64,000 nt of DNA from Gammaproteobacteria bacterium (GTDB taxonomy: Bacteria > Pseudomonadota > Gammaproteobacteria > JAJDYQ01): positions 24,577-88,576 of the forward strand of contig JAPYNQ010000081.1 of the NCBI GenBank assembly GCA_028289815.1, read 5' to 3'. The notes beneath the pieces were generated by a model. It searched no databases. It was given only the letters and a program-made list of their open reading frames with translations, and was not told the origin of the DNA. The first letter of the stretch is position 1; the number at the start of each line of letters is the position of its first letter. A program made the position numbers and the translations under genes. This document shows positions 1 to 8,920 of the stretch, in pieces.

Positions 1-2959
1 TAGACAGACCCAGTCCGGCACCTTCGCTGGCTTCATCAAGCTGTTGGAATTCTTCAAAGATAATGTCGGCTTTTTGTGCCGGAATGCCAGCGCCGGAGTC
101 TCGTATTTCAATACGGATTGCGTCACCGTTACGGCGGCAGACCGCCATAACCGAACCTGCCTTGGTATAGCGAATCGCATTGCTGACAAAGTTTTGCAGG
201 ATGCTGTGCAGCAGGGTGCTGTCGCTTTCGGTTCCATGCGGAGTGGATACTACTCGCAGTCTCAGGCCCTTTTCGGCGGCCAGAACTTTAAACTCAGTAT
301 CAATGGCAGCCAGCAGCTGTTGCAGCGGAAACTTTTTGATTTCCGGCTTCAGGCTGCCTGAATCCAGTCTGGAGATGTCCAGTAGTGATTTCAGCAGGGA
401 TTCCGCGGTTTTTAGCGCACCCAAGGCATTGCCGGCAAGAATTCTCTTATCTTCTTCATCTGCGAGATCTTCCAGCAGGGCACCCAAATAGAGCTTGGAG
501 GCACCCAGCGGCTGAGTCAGATCATGGCTGGCGGCCGCCAGAAAATGGGTTTTGCTGCGTGTTGCATCTTCTGCCACGGTTTTGGCCTGTTGCAGTTCGG
601 CATTGACACGAGACAGCATCTGAGTGCGCTCATCTACCTTGCGTTCCAGATTTCGATTGGTTTCTTCCAGTTCACGCTCCACCTGTTTCAGGGTTGATAT
701 GTCGGTAAATGTAGTAATAAACCCTCCATCAGGTAGCCTGGCCCCCTGCGTTTGTATGATGCGACCATCGGGCCAATACCGGACATGCGTATAGGCTTTT
801 CCATGTTTTAAGTAGTTGAGCCGCTTGCGAACTTCCTCTTCTCTGGTATTTTTCTCGCTTATTACACCCATACCACGTTTCACGTTGTAGCGGATGACTT
901 CTTCAATGGGTTTGCCGACACTAATAAAATTTTCAGGATAGCTAAACAGTTTAATGTATAGGCGATTCCATGCTACCAACCTGAGATCACTATCGACCAC
1001 GCTGACCCCTTGATTAATATTGTCTATCGTAACCTGTAAAATTTCACGGTTAAACTTTAGTGCCTGGCTGGTTTTGTCCAGCCACAGATCAATATCATCA
1101 TGGGTATAGTTCTCGGGTGCCTGGGTCGCGTGTATCAGCTGCTCTGTGGTAGCGGCACCTATAGTACCCGCCAAGACTTTTTCGGTTTTTCGGATTAGAT
1201 GGGCATCGGCTTTTTCTTTCATGCGATCCCCCAGCTCATAACCGCACTCCAGAAAAAACTGTTCGGCACGGATGGGGCCGGTAATGCGCTTACACAGTTC
1301 GTATAGATCAGCTACCCGAATGTTCCAGTTATGCTTGCGCGTATCGCGTATCAGGTCTTCATCACGACTGACATAGGCGCTGGCCTGCAGCTGGTCGTTA
1401 AAAGAGTGCCTGGCCCTCAGGGAGAAGAGGATATAAGCCGTGATGTTAAATAACATGCTCCAAAAGACACCATGGGTGAGTGGGTCCTCAAAGGCAATGC
1501 CGAACAGTTCATAGGGTTTCAACCAGGCGATACCTAATATATCTGAAACCGCAAATTCGTCAGGTAACCGAGCGGAACCGCTCAGGGAAGGTAGTAGCAG
1601 GGTGTAAAGCCAGATAGTAAATCCGGCGATCAGGCCAGCCATGGCACCATTGCGGTGCCCCTTTTTCCAGTACAGCCCGCCAATGATGGCAGGCGCAAAT
1701 TGCGCGGCGGCAGCGAAGGACAGCAGGCCAATGCTATAAAGTGACTTGCCGCTACCGGCTTGCAGGTAGTAGCCGTAGGCAAGCAACATCAGAACAACGA
1801 TGGTGGAGCGGCGTATCAGTAGCAGAGCGGAGTGAAAGTTGGTTTTACTACTGGCCTTGTTGAAGCGTACCAGCAAGGGAAAAATCAGATCGTTCGATAC
1901 CATGGTACTCAGCGCAATGGTTGATACGATGACCATGCCGGTAGCGGCAGAAAACCCACCGATATAACTCACGATAGTAAGCCAGTCCTGCCCTTGGTGC
2001 ATGGGCAGCGTAAGCACAAACAGATCCGCATTAGCAGGATTTGGAGAGAATTGCAGACCGGCAGTCGTGATGGGAATAACGGCGATACTGAACAGTATCA
2101 GATAAACCGGAAAGCCCCACCTTGCGACTCTCAATTCGTCACCACGGGCCTCAACTGCTGTTACGTGGAACTGGCGTGGCAGGCAGATAATGGCTGCCGC
2201 TGCAAGAATGGTCTTGACGAAAAATGAGCTGGTGATCTCCTTTTCATTGAAGTGTGCCATCATCATCTCGGTCGTAGATATTTCCGTGGTCATGCTGCTT
2301 GTCAGTCTTGTGACCATATCGAAAGCAAGCGCGGCAACGGCCAGAAAAGCCAGTAGTTTGACAGCTGATTCAAAACTGACCGCATGAATCATGCCTCGAT
2401 GGTGCTCGCTGGCATCAATGGTTCTGGCACCAAACAGCATGGAGAAGACCGCCAGTATCAGGCTGAGTGCCAGTGCGGTATCAATTAGGTTGGAATCGGA
2501 TGTGGTCACGCTGTTTGCGCCGGCCAGTAAATCGTAGGCACCCGCGATTGCTTTGATCTGCAAGGAGATATAAGGAAGGATACCCACCAGTGCGATGATG
2601 GTGACTACGGCAGCCAGACTGCTGCTTTTGCCGTAACGAGTGGCAATGAAGTCTGCGATGCTGGTGGTATTATGTCGTTTACTGACATCTACCAGCTTGC
2701 GTAAAAACGGGTAAAAAACGACAAAGACTATTATCGGACCAAGATAGATTGAGAAAAAATCCCAGCCCGACTGGGCGGCATTACCCACCGCACCGAAAAA
2801 TGTCCATGATGTGCAGTAGATCGTAATGGACAGGGTATAGATAAGTGGCTGTTGGGGGGAGAACCGACCAGCCGGTTGTTGGTCGCTTCGATAAGCGATG
2901 TAAAACAGCACTCCAAGATAGAGCGCGGTGCAAAGAATCAACCAGTGGTCGCTAATCAT
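1..2959 (-). CDS. Sensor histidine kinase with N-terminal sodium:solute symporter (SSF/SLC5) membrane domain, STAC-like linker, PAS, HisKA and HATPase domains (CbrA/CrbS type). The C-terminus runs off the window.
   Basis: My manual translation of the minus strand from the ATG at 2959-2957 is open all the way to position 1. It is absent from the ORF track because no stop lies in the window. Multi-TM SSF-like N-terminus (MISDHWLILCTALYLGVLFYIAYR...). PAS-like segment (DNINQGVSVVDSDLRLVAWNRLY). H-box AAASHDLTQPL. G2 box GAGLGLS at the window edge. Confidence 0.8.
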   Translation of the reverse strand, partial: MISDHWLILCTALYLGVLFYIAYRSDQQPAGRFSPQQPLIYTLSITIYCTSWTFFGAVGNAAQSGWDFFSIYLGPIIVFVVFYPFLRKLVDVSKRHNTTSIADFIATRYGKSSSLAAVVTIIALVGILPYISLQIKAIAGAYDLLAGANSVTTSDSNLIDTALALSLILAVFSMLFGARTIDASEHHRGMIHAVSFESAVKLLAFLAVAALAFDMVTRLTSSMTTEISTTEMMMAHFNEKEITSSFFVKTILAAAAIICLPRQFHVTAVEARGDELRVARWGFPVYLILFSIAVIPITTAGLQFSPNPANADLFVLTLPMHQGQDWLTIVSYIGGFSAATGMVIVSTIALSTMVSNDLIFPLLVRFNKASSKTNFHSALLLIRRSTIVVLMLLAYGYYLQAGSGKSLYSIGLLSFAAAAQFAPAIIGGLYWKKGHRNGAMAGLIAGFTIWLYTLLLPSLSGSARLPDEFAVSDILGIAWLKPYELFGIAFEDPLTHGVFWSMLFNITAYILFSLRARHSFNDQLQASAYVSRDEDLIRDTRKHNWNIRVADLYELCKRITGPIRAEQFFLECGYELGDRMKEKADAHLIRKTEKVLAGTIGAATTEQLIHATQAPENYTHDDIDLWLDKTSQALKFNREILQVTIDNINQGVSVVDSDLRLVAWNRLYIKLFSYPENFISVGKPIEEVIRYNVKRGMGVISEKNTREEEVRKRLNYLKHGKAYTHVRYWPDGRIIQTQGARLPDGGFITTFTDISTLKQVERELEETNRNLERKVDERTQMLSRVNAELQQAKTVAEDATRSKTHFLAAASHDLTQPLGASKLYLGALLEDLADEEDKRILAGNALGALKTAESLLKSLLDISRLDSGSLKPEIKKFPLQQLLAAIDTEFKVLAAEKGLRLRVVSTPHGTESDSTLLHSILQNFVSNAIRYTKAGSVMAVCRRNGDAIRIEIRDSGAGIPAQKADIIFEEFQQLDEASEGAGLGLS

Positions 2960-3039
2960 TTCCTGCGGGTCTGCAACGAAGGAACGATTGAATAAAAACA
3001 GAGCCTATATTAAAAGCCACGGATTGTTATCGGAGGGCC

Positions 3040-4983
3040 TTATGTATTGGCCCGGTTCTCAATCAGGTTGTCAACGACTGATGGGTCAGCCAGCGTGGAT
3101 GTGTCGCCTAGCGCATCAATTTCATTGGCTGCAATTTTTCGCAGAATACGGCGCATGATTTTTCCCGACCGTGTTTTTGGTAAACCCGGTGCCCATTGAA
3201 TAATGTTGATCTTGGCTATCGGGCCGATTTCCTTGCGTACCAAGCCAATCAACTGTGCTTCAAGCTCATCATTGCCCTGTTCGCCTTTCATCAAAGTGAC
3301 ATAGGCGTAGATGCCCTGGCCAGTAATTTCATGCGGGTAGCCGACAACGGCGGCCTCTGCAACTTTTTCATGCAGTACCAGCGCCGACTCGATTTCGGCG
3401 GTACCCATACGGTGTCCGGAAACATTAAGCACATCGTCAACACGACCGGTAATCCAGTAGTAGCCATCCTCATCACGACGGGCACCGTCACCGGTAAAGT
3501 AATAGCCAGGGAACATCTGAAAATAGGTCTCGAAAAAACGACGATGATCGCCATAGACGGTGCGCATCTGGGATGGCCAGGGGTGCTTGAGCACCAGATT
3601 ACCTTCCGCAGGTGAGCCTTTGATTTCATTACCCTTATCATCTAGCAGTGCCGGCTGTACACCAAAGAATGGCTTGGTAGTTGAACCGGGCTTCAGCATG
3701 GTGGCACCCGGCATTGGTGTTAGTAGATGGGCACCGGTTTCTGTCTGCCACCAGGTATCAACGACAGGACAACGTCCGTTACCTATCATATTGTAATACC
3801 ACTCCCAGGCTTCCGGGTTGATGGGTTCACCAACTGTCCCGAGCAGGCGCAGGGAGGAACGTGATGTCGCTTTAACAGGCTCATCCCCTTGTGCCATCAG
3901 AGCGCGAATAGCGGTCGGCGCAGTATAGAAGCTGGCAACATGATGCTTGTCCACTACTTGCCAGAAGCGACCGGCATCTGGGTATGTCGGTACGCCTTCA
4001 AACATCAGGGAAACTGCGCCATTGGCTAACGGTCCGTAAACGATATAGCTGTGACCGGTTATCCAGCCAATATCGGCCGTACACCAGTAAACTTCGTCGT
4101 CCTTGTAATCAAACACCAGCTTATGAGTCATGGCTGCCTGTAACAGATAGCCGGCGGTTGAATGCAGCACACCTTTGGGTTTTCCTGTTGAACCGGATGT
4201 GTACAGGATAAACAGAGGCTCTTCAGCATCCATGGGTTCCGGTTCACAAATGTCAGCGGCGGTGGCGATGGCTTGGTGATACCAGACATCGCGACCCTCA
4301 CTGAAATTACAGCTGCCATCGCCACGCTGCACGACAAAGCAGGTATGTACATTCGGACATTGTGCAATCGCCTTGTCGGCATTTGCTTTCAAGGGCAGTG
4401 CCTTGCCGGCACGCACAGAAACATCTGCGGTGACCACGACCCGGCAGTCGGAATCCTGGATACGGCTGGCAAGCGCGTCAGGCGAGAAAGCGCTGAAGAC
4501 GATAGAATGTACGGCACCGATACGAGTGCAAGCCAGCATGGCAACCGCTGCTTCCGGGATCATGGGCATATAGATGGAGACGCGGTCACCTTTGTTGACG
4601 CCTCGTGCCTTTAGTGCGTTGGCGAATTTGTTAACATTCACATGCAGTTCCGAATAGCTCACCGCACGGGACTCATTTGGGTCATCGCCCTCCCAGAGAA
4701 TGGCAGTCTGCTGGCCGCGCTCCGGCAAATGACGGTCCAGACAGTTATATGACACGTTCAGGGTAGCGCCCGCGAACCATTCAATATGAAGATCGTCCTC
4801 ACCATAGGACCAGTTCAGCGTGGTCTCCGGTTTCTTGAAAAAGGACAGGTATTTCTCTGCCTGCTCGGCCCAGAAGCCCGCCGGATCTTCAATAGACTGT
4901 TTGTACATGGATTCGTATTGTTCGGCTGTAATGTTGGCTTGGTCAGCAAAGTCTTCAGGCACAGGATAGCGCTTGTCTGACAT
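3040..4983 (-). CDS. acs: Acetyl-CoA synthetase (AMP-forming)
   Basis: 647-aa ORF with canonical Acs features: [14 protein letters not shown]-binding motif, [19 protein letters not shown]-terminal motif. SD-like AAGGAGAAAACC lies upstream of the ATG. Confidence 0.97.
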   Translation of the reverse strand: MSDKRYPVPEDFADQANITAEQYESMYKQSIEDPAGFWAEQAEKYLSFFKKPETTLNWSYGEDDLHIEWFAGATLNVSYNCLDRHLPERGQQTAILWEGDDPNESRAVSYSELHVNVNKFANALKARGVNKGDRVSIYMPMIPEAAVAMLACTRIGAVHSIVFSAFSPDALASRIQDSDCRVVVTADVSVRAGKALPLKANADKAIAQCPNVHTCFVVQRGDGSCNFSEGRDVWYHQAIATAADICEPEPMDAEEPLFILYTSGSTGKPKGVLHSTAGYLLQAAMTHKLVFDYKDDEVYWCTADIGWITGHSYIVYGPLANGAVSLMFEGVPTYPDAGRFWQVVDKHHVASFYTAPTAIRALMAQGDEPVKATSRSSLRLLGTVGEPINPEAWEWYYNMIGNGRCPVVDTWWQTETGAHLLTPMPGATMLKPGSTTKPFFGVQPALLDDKGNEIKGSPAEGNLVLKHPWPSQMRTVYGDHRRFFETYFQMFPGYYFTGDGARRDEDGYYWITGRVDDVLNVSGHRMGTAEIESALVLHEKVAEAAVVGYPHEITGQGIYAYVTLMKGEQGNDELEAQLIGLVRKEIGPIAKINIIQWAPGLPKTRSGKIMRRILRKIAANEIDALGDTSTLADPSVVDNLIENRANT

Positions 4984-5159
4984 GGTTTTCTCCTTGAGAT
5001 TGGCTCATGTTTCTATTGGTAATCAGTATAACCTAATGAAAGCCCGCTGTTACAGTACTTGTATGGGTCCACCCAGGACCATCTTAAAGTCACGCAAGTC
5101 GTTGGCATGTTCTGCTGTCTGGTTTGTTCATGGTCAGATCAGAGAGCGATTCGGGATAG

Positions 5160-5486
5160 TATGATGTGGTTTCGATGGGCTGGGTCGCCCCATATGCCGG
5201 GATGATGGTGCTGAAAGCGGTCTTCGGCAGGCAAGTTCGATGCGGGTCAGTTCGAGGCCGGTGCGAACCGATTCGGGGTCAGGTTATTCGGTGTTGAGCA
5301 CTTCATGCGGTACATTGCTCTGTCGGGCAGCGTAATATCGCTGTGCGGGCGATTGATGCTCGAGTGTCCCGGCACACTAGCCATTTGCCATCCGGCGCCA
5401 CAGCCACATGCCTTAGCCCATGACCGAACATGCCCCGGAACCCCAGATAGTAGTTCGCCTCCATGACTTGATCCCACCGGGCGCAC
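5160..5486 (-). mobile_element. Possible 5' fragment of a group II intron RNA (domain I-like). No reverse-transcriptase ORF. Boundaries are approximate.
   Basis: The minus strand reads GTGCGCCCGGTGGGATCAAGTCATGGAGGCGAACTACTATCTGGGG. By eye this resembles the 5' end of bacterial group II introns (GUGCG start; compare my recollection of Ll.LtrB GUGCGCCCAGAUAGGGUGUUAAGUCAAGUAG..GGUACUACU). CUAAG and UAUGG receptor-like motifs lie downstream. No domain V or intron-encoded protein is visible. Confidence 0.2.
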
Positions 5487-5927
5487 TTCAACCGCAGACA
5501 AGGAAAGTCCCCGTGCCGATATGGGGTGTGGCGGTGCTTGTGTGCCCGTTCAGACACGGTTATCAGCATAACCTTTTCTGAAATCAAATTTCTACAACGA
5601 AGGCTTTCAATAGCATCTTAGTGCGTTAGTGATGACTTTAAGGTAGCCTTGCTGAACCCGGACGCAATAGTAGGCGAAATGACCCTAATACGTTACAATT
5701 TTCTGGATGCAGGGGAGCTCATTATTGAGCACACACTGGACTAATTTATCGTTATTCATACGAGTAGTCCGAGTGCCTGAAGAAGGTTCTGCATTTTTTG
5801 TGATGTGCAGGATTCCGGTTGACCTTTTTATGGTATTACCTAGCTGCTTCACCGAACAACACGGGTGAATTTATGTGGTCCGGCACCTGATTACCAAGCA
5901 CTAGCAGTACAGAGAAAGGACAGGTAG

Positions 5928-6869
5928 ATGAGTACGATTGCGTCGTCAATGAATGCCAGAGACTGGGGCAGTCTGCTGGCGCTTTCCATCCTCTGGGGGA
6001 GTTCATTCTTTTTCATTGAACTTGCGATTGTAGAGCTGCCTCCGCTGACTATCGTGTTTGTTCGAGTCGCTCTGGCAGCGGTTATTTTATGGTTGATCGT
6101 ATTGTTCATGAAATTGATGGTTCCCTGGTCAATCACTGTCTGGTGCAGCTTTGCGGTTATGGGGCTGATCAATAATTTATTGCCGTTTTCGCTTATTGTC
6201 TGGGGGCAGATTCATATAACGTCCGGTCTGGCATCAATATTGAATGCAACTACCCCCATTTTCACTGTGCTCATTGCGGGTATGGTGTTGCACGACGAGA
6301 AAATGACTGCAAACAGACTGATCGGTGTCATAGTGGGCTTTTTGGGGACTGCTGTGATGATCGGTCCCACAGCATTATCCGGCATGAGTTTCAATGTTCT
6401 GGCACAGTTCGCGGTTCTGGCTGCTGCGGTATTGTATGCTTTTGCGGGTGTGTTTGGGCGGCGTTTTCGTGAGATGGGCATTAGTTCTGTGGTAACGGCA
6501 GCGGGGCAAGTCACGGCTTCTGCAACTTTCCTGTTACCGTTAGTGTTGATCATTGAGATGCCTCGGATCGGAACACTTCCGGGCTTGCCTGTGATATCGG
6601 CACTGGTTGCATTGGCGGTGCTGTCGACAGCGCTGGCCTATGTGCTCTACTTTCGGATTCTGGCATCTGCAGGTGCAACCAATGTGCTGCTGGTGACGTT
6701 TTTGGTGCCGATTACCGCAATACTCTTGGGGGTAGGGGTTCTCGGCGAAGCCTTGAGCATTGAGCAGATTCTGGGTATGGGTTTGGTGGCTCTGGGTTTG
6801 TTGGTGATAGATGGCCGCATTATGAAATTGAATCGAAGTGACAGGTCAGCCAATACCGGACATATCTGA
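5928..6869 (+). CDS. EamA/DMT-family transporter (10-TM, two EamA repeats)
   Basis: 313-aa highly hydrophobic ORF with the typical DMT pattern (WGSSFFFIELAI..., second repeat FRILASAGATNVLLVTFLVPITAILLG). Confidence 0.85.
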   Translation: MSTIASSMNARDWGSLLALSILWGSSFFFIELAIVELPPLTIVFVRVALAAVILWLIVLFMKLMVPWSITVWCSFAVMGLINNLLPFSLIVWGQIHITSGLASILNATTPIFTVLIAGMVLHDEKMTANRLIGVIVGFLGTAVMIGPTALSGMSFNVLAQFAVLAAAVLYAFAGVFGRRFREMGISSVVTAAGQVTASATFLLPLVLIIEMPRIGTLPGLPVISALVALAVLSTALAYVLYFRILASAGATNVLLVTFLVPITAILLGVGVLGEALSIEQILGMGLVALGLLVIDGRIMKLNRSDRSANTGHI

Positions 6870-7544
6870 TTAGTCGTTGAAAGTGACCGATACTGGTTCT
6901 ATCGGCGCAAATAACAGGTACCTATTAAATCAGTATCTCTCAAGTTCCGATGAAGTTGACAATCTCTCGCCTATGCGCTGCAAAGTCTTCTTAATGCTCC
7001 CGGATACTGATTTTGATAAAACATTTGCTGCGCCTCCACATAATTCGCCGGCATCACCCCGCTAACCGTTACCGAGGCACCAACAGAAGCGACAGACAAT
7101 TTGCCATTGCTGTCTGTTACAACAACCTCAAACCCGATATTGGTTACTCTTGGGCGTGAATCGGATAAAAAACTTATTGAGCAGTGAACTTCAGTTGTGA
7201 GGGTATCCGGCTTAACAAAAACCGTACTGTTTGCTCTAGTGTCTCTTCGAAGACTGCGCGTATGATTCGTCTGACAGAAGTTACAGGTGTATCTCCAAGC
7301 TCAATCGGATATTTGTATGCGGAACAGGCTTGGCCGGATGTACTGATTTCTCGGCTGATATTTTGCATACTTTCGTCTGTCACGATAAACCGGGTACCCG
7401 GTATCTTTTCGTCGTATGACGGATAAATATTGGCTGCCGGTATCAATACCGGTTTGACAGCAGATGAGCACCCTATAGCATCGCCAATATGGCAATGAGG
7501 CCAGACAATCTGTCTGTTGCATTCCCTCTTTTGTGTCTTGCAAT

Positions 7545-7705
7545 TTCCTTATCCGCAACAGATAGCAGTGCCAGTGCGCACCTCACTGTAGTGGTGCCGG
7601 ACCGCCGGTTTTGACTGGGCGCGGGATACTTGTGCCATCAAAAATCTGCAGAAGTACAAAGAGTTCAGGGGCAAGGCGCATACGCGGATCGTATAGCACA
7701 TTTTT
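7545..7705 (-). ncRNA. ssrS: 6S RNA (ssrS) candidate. Ends are approximate.
   Basis: It lies immediately downstream of zapA, the conserved gammaproteobacterial position of ssrS. Minus-strand motifs resemble E. coli 6S RNA: GCCCCUGAAC (E. coli GUCCCCUGAGCC), GGCACAAGUAUCCCGCG (E. coli CCACAAGAAUGUGGCGC), CGGCGGUCCGG (E. coli CUCGGUCCGUCCG). The termini can pair (AUCCGC / GCGGAU; GUAUGCGCC / GGUGCGCAC). Confidence 0.5.
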
Positions 7706-7719
7706 GTTGGTGTACTCAG

Positions 7720-8031
7720 CTACAAATCCAGCTTGCCGTCACGCTCCAGTGAGTTCTCGATTCTTTTACCCAGTGCGGCCAGCCGGTCTTTGACTTCGTT
7801 ATTCAAATGTTCGATGGTCCCCTGAGATCGCAGCATTTCATGTGTAATATTCAGTGCTGCAATAATGGCCAGCCGGTCTGAACCTACCATACCAGCCTCT
7901 GATTTCAGAGATCGCATTTTTTCGTCAAGATAGCGTGCGGATTCCAGCAGATCATCTTTTTCGTTTTCGCTACAGGATACCCGGTATTCTTTGCCCATAA
8001 TGGTGACGGTACAGGGATTTTGCTCACTCAT
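7720..8031 (-). CDS. zapA: Cell division protein ZapA
   Basis: 103-aa ORF. The pattern VTIMGKEYRVSC....LLESARYLDEKM....SDRLAIIAALNITHEML is typical of ZapA. Confidence 0.9.
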   Translation of the reverse strand: MSEQNPCTVTIMGKEYRVSCSENEKDDLLESARYLDEKMRSLKSEAGMVGSDRLAIIAALNITHEMLRSQGTIEHLNNEVKDRLAALGKRIENSLERDGKLDL

Positions 8032-8294
8032 GAGTGGGTCTCCAGAGATTTGAGCCGGGTTATCATGGCCTCAATGCGGGTACGCGCCAGCCGGTTTTTT
8101 TCAACCAAATTGGCACGTTCCGTCACTAGGGTTTCTTGTTGTCGGCGAAGTGATTTATTTTCGTTCACCAGTTTGCTGCAGGTCTGTAGCAAGTCATCCA
8201 CGCGAGTTTCGAGCTTTTGTAATTCGATATTGGTTATTTGTGCCTGAGCCTTACTATCCACTCCGACCTCCAAAAAATCAGATTCACGGGACAT
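8028..8294 (-). CDS. Small coiled-coil protein upstream of zapA (ZapB-like / TIGR02449-like)
   Basis: 88-aa heptad-rich ORF (LQKLETRVDDLLQTCSKLVNENKSLRRQQETLVTERANLVEKNRLARTRIEAMITRLK). Its stop overlaps the zapA start (ATGA), consistent with an operon. Confidence 0.5.
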   Translation of the reverse strand: MSRESDFLEVGVDSKAQAQITNIELQKLETRVDDLLQTCSKLVNENKSLRRQQETLVTERANLVEKNRLARTRIEAMITRLKSLETHS

Positions 8295-8340
8295 TTTCTG
8301 TTATTTTATCAGCCTGCGCAAAACATGCACCCTTTTCTTA

Positions 8341-8916
8341 ATGCAGAAGGCTATGGATAGGTCGCTCGGCAGGTTGTATGCTGATTTGGAACGCTGGTTA
8401 GTGGACTTGAATGCCGAGCTGCTGGCGGCAGAAAGTCACCGTGTACTTTGTGCCCGGTTTTGTGTTGAGCATACGCCGGATGCCGAATCTTGGATGTGTG
8501 AAGTTTTGGGGCCGCGGGGGACTGGAGATCTCCAGCTCAGGGAATCACAGCAGCCCCTGAAACAGGTTTATGTGCAGACCAGTGCGAATTTTCTTGAGGC
8601 TATGGACGGATTTGAGATGTTGTTGCCGGATGATGACAAGGTACTCGCCGAGCGTGTCCGGGCATTGACAGATTGGTGTGGCGCCTTCATTGCAGAATTG
8701 GGCTTGGTTGGATTGCGGGCCGATAACCTCGTTGGGGGGCAAGTTGGGGACGTGTCGCAGGATCTGATTGAGATTACCCGGGTAGACCACGATGTCAAAG
8801 AAAATGAGGGAAATGAAATGGCTTATACCGAAGTTATGGAGTATGTGCGAATGGCGATCACGATGATTGGACTGACGTTACGTGTTCGGAATGATGGACA
8901 GGCTCCGCATCTGTAA
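8341..8916 (+). CDS. ygfB: UPF0149 family protein (YgfB-like)
   Basis: 191-aa acidic ORF. It occupies the position before pepP-ubiH-ubiI, as ygfB does in E. coli. The C-terminal pattern E..EY.R.A is shared with YgfB. The start codon is uncertain. Confidence 0.75.
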   Translation: MQKAMDRSLGRLYADLERWLVDLNAELLAAESHRVLCARFCVEHTPDAESWMCEVLGPRGTGDLQLRESQQPLKQVYVQTSANFLEAMDGFEMLLPDDDKVLAERVRALTDWCGAFIAELGLVGLRADNLVGGQVGDVSQDLIEITRVDHDVKENEGNEMAYTEVMEYVRMAITMIGLTLRVRNDGQAPHL

Positions 8917-8920
8917 ATTT

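Noticed and set aside
5490-5520. GGAAAGTCC motif on the plus strand, reminiscent of the universally conserved RNase P RNA P4 region
   Set aside because: The flanking sequence lacks the other RNase P RNA conserved blocks, such as ACAGAACCCGGCUUA-type P4 pairing and the GGUAACGCC-like loop. No roughly 350-nt structured context is apparent. Most likely a chance 9-mer.
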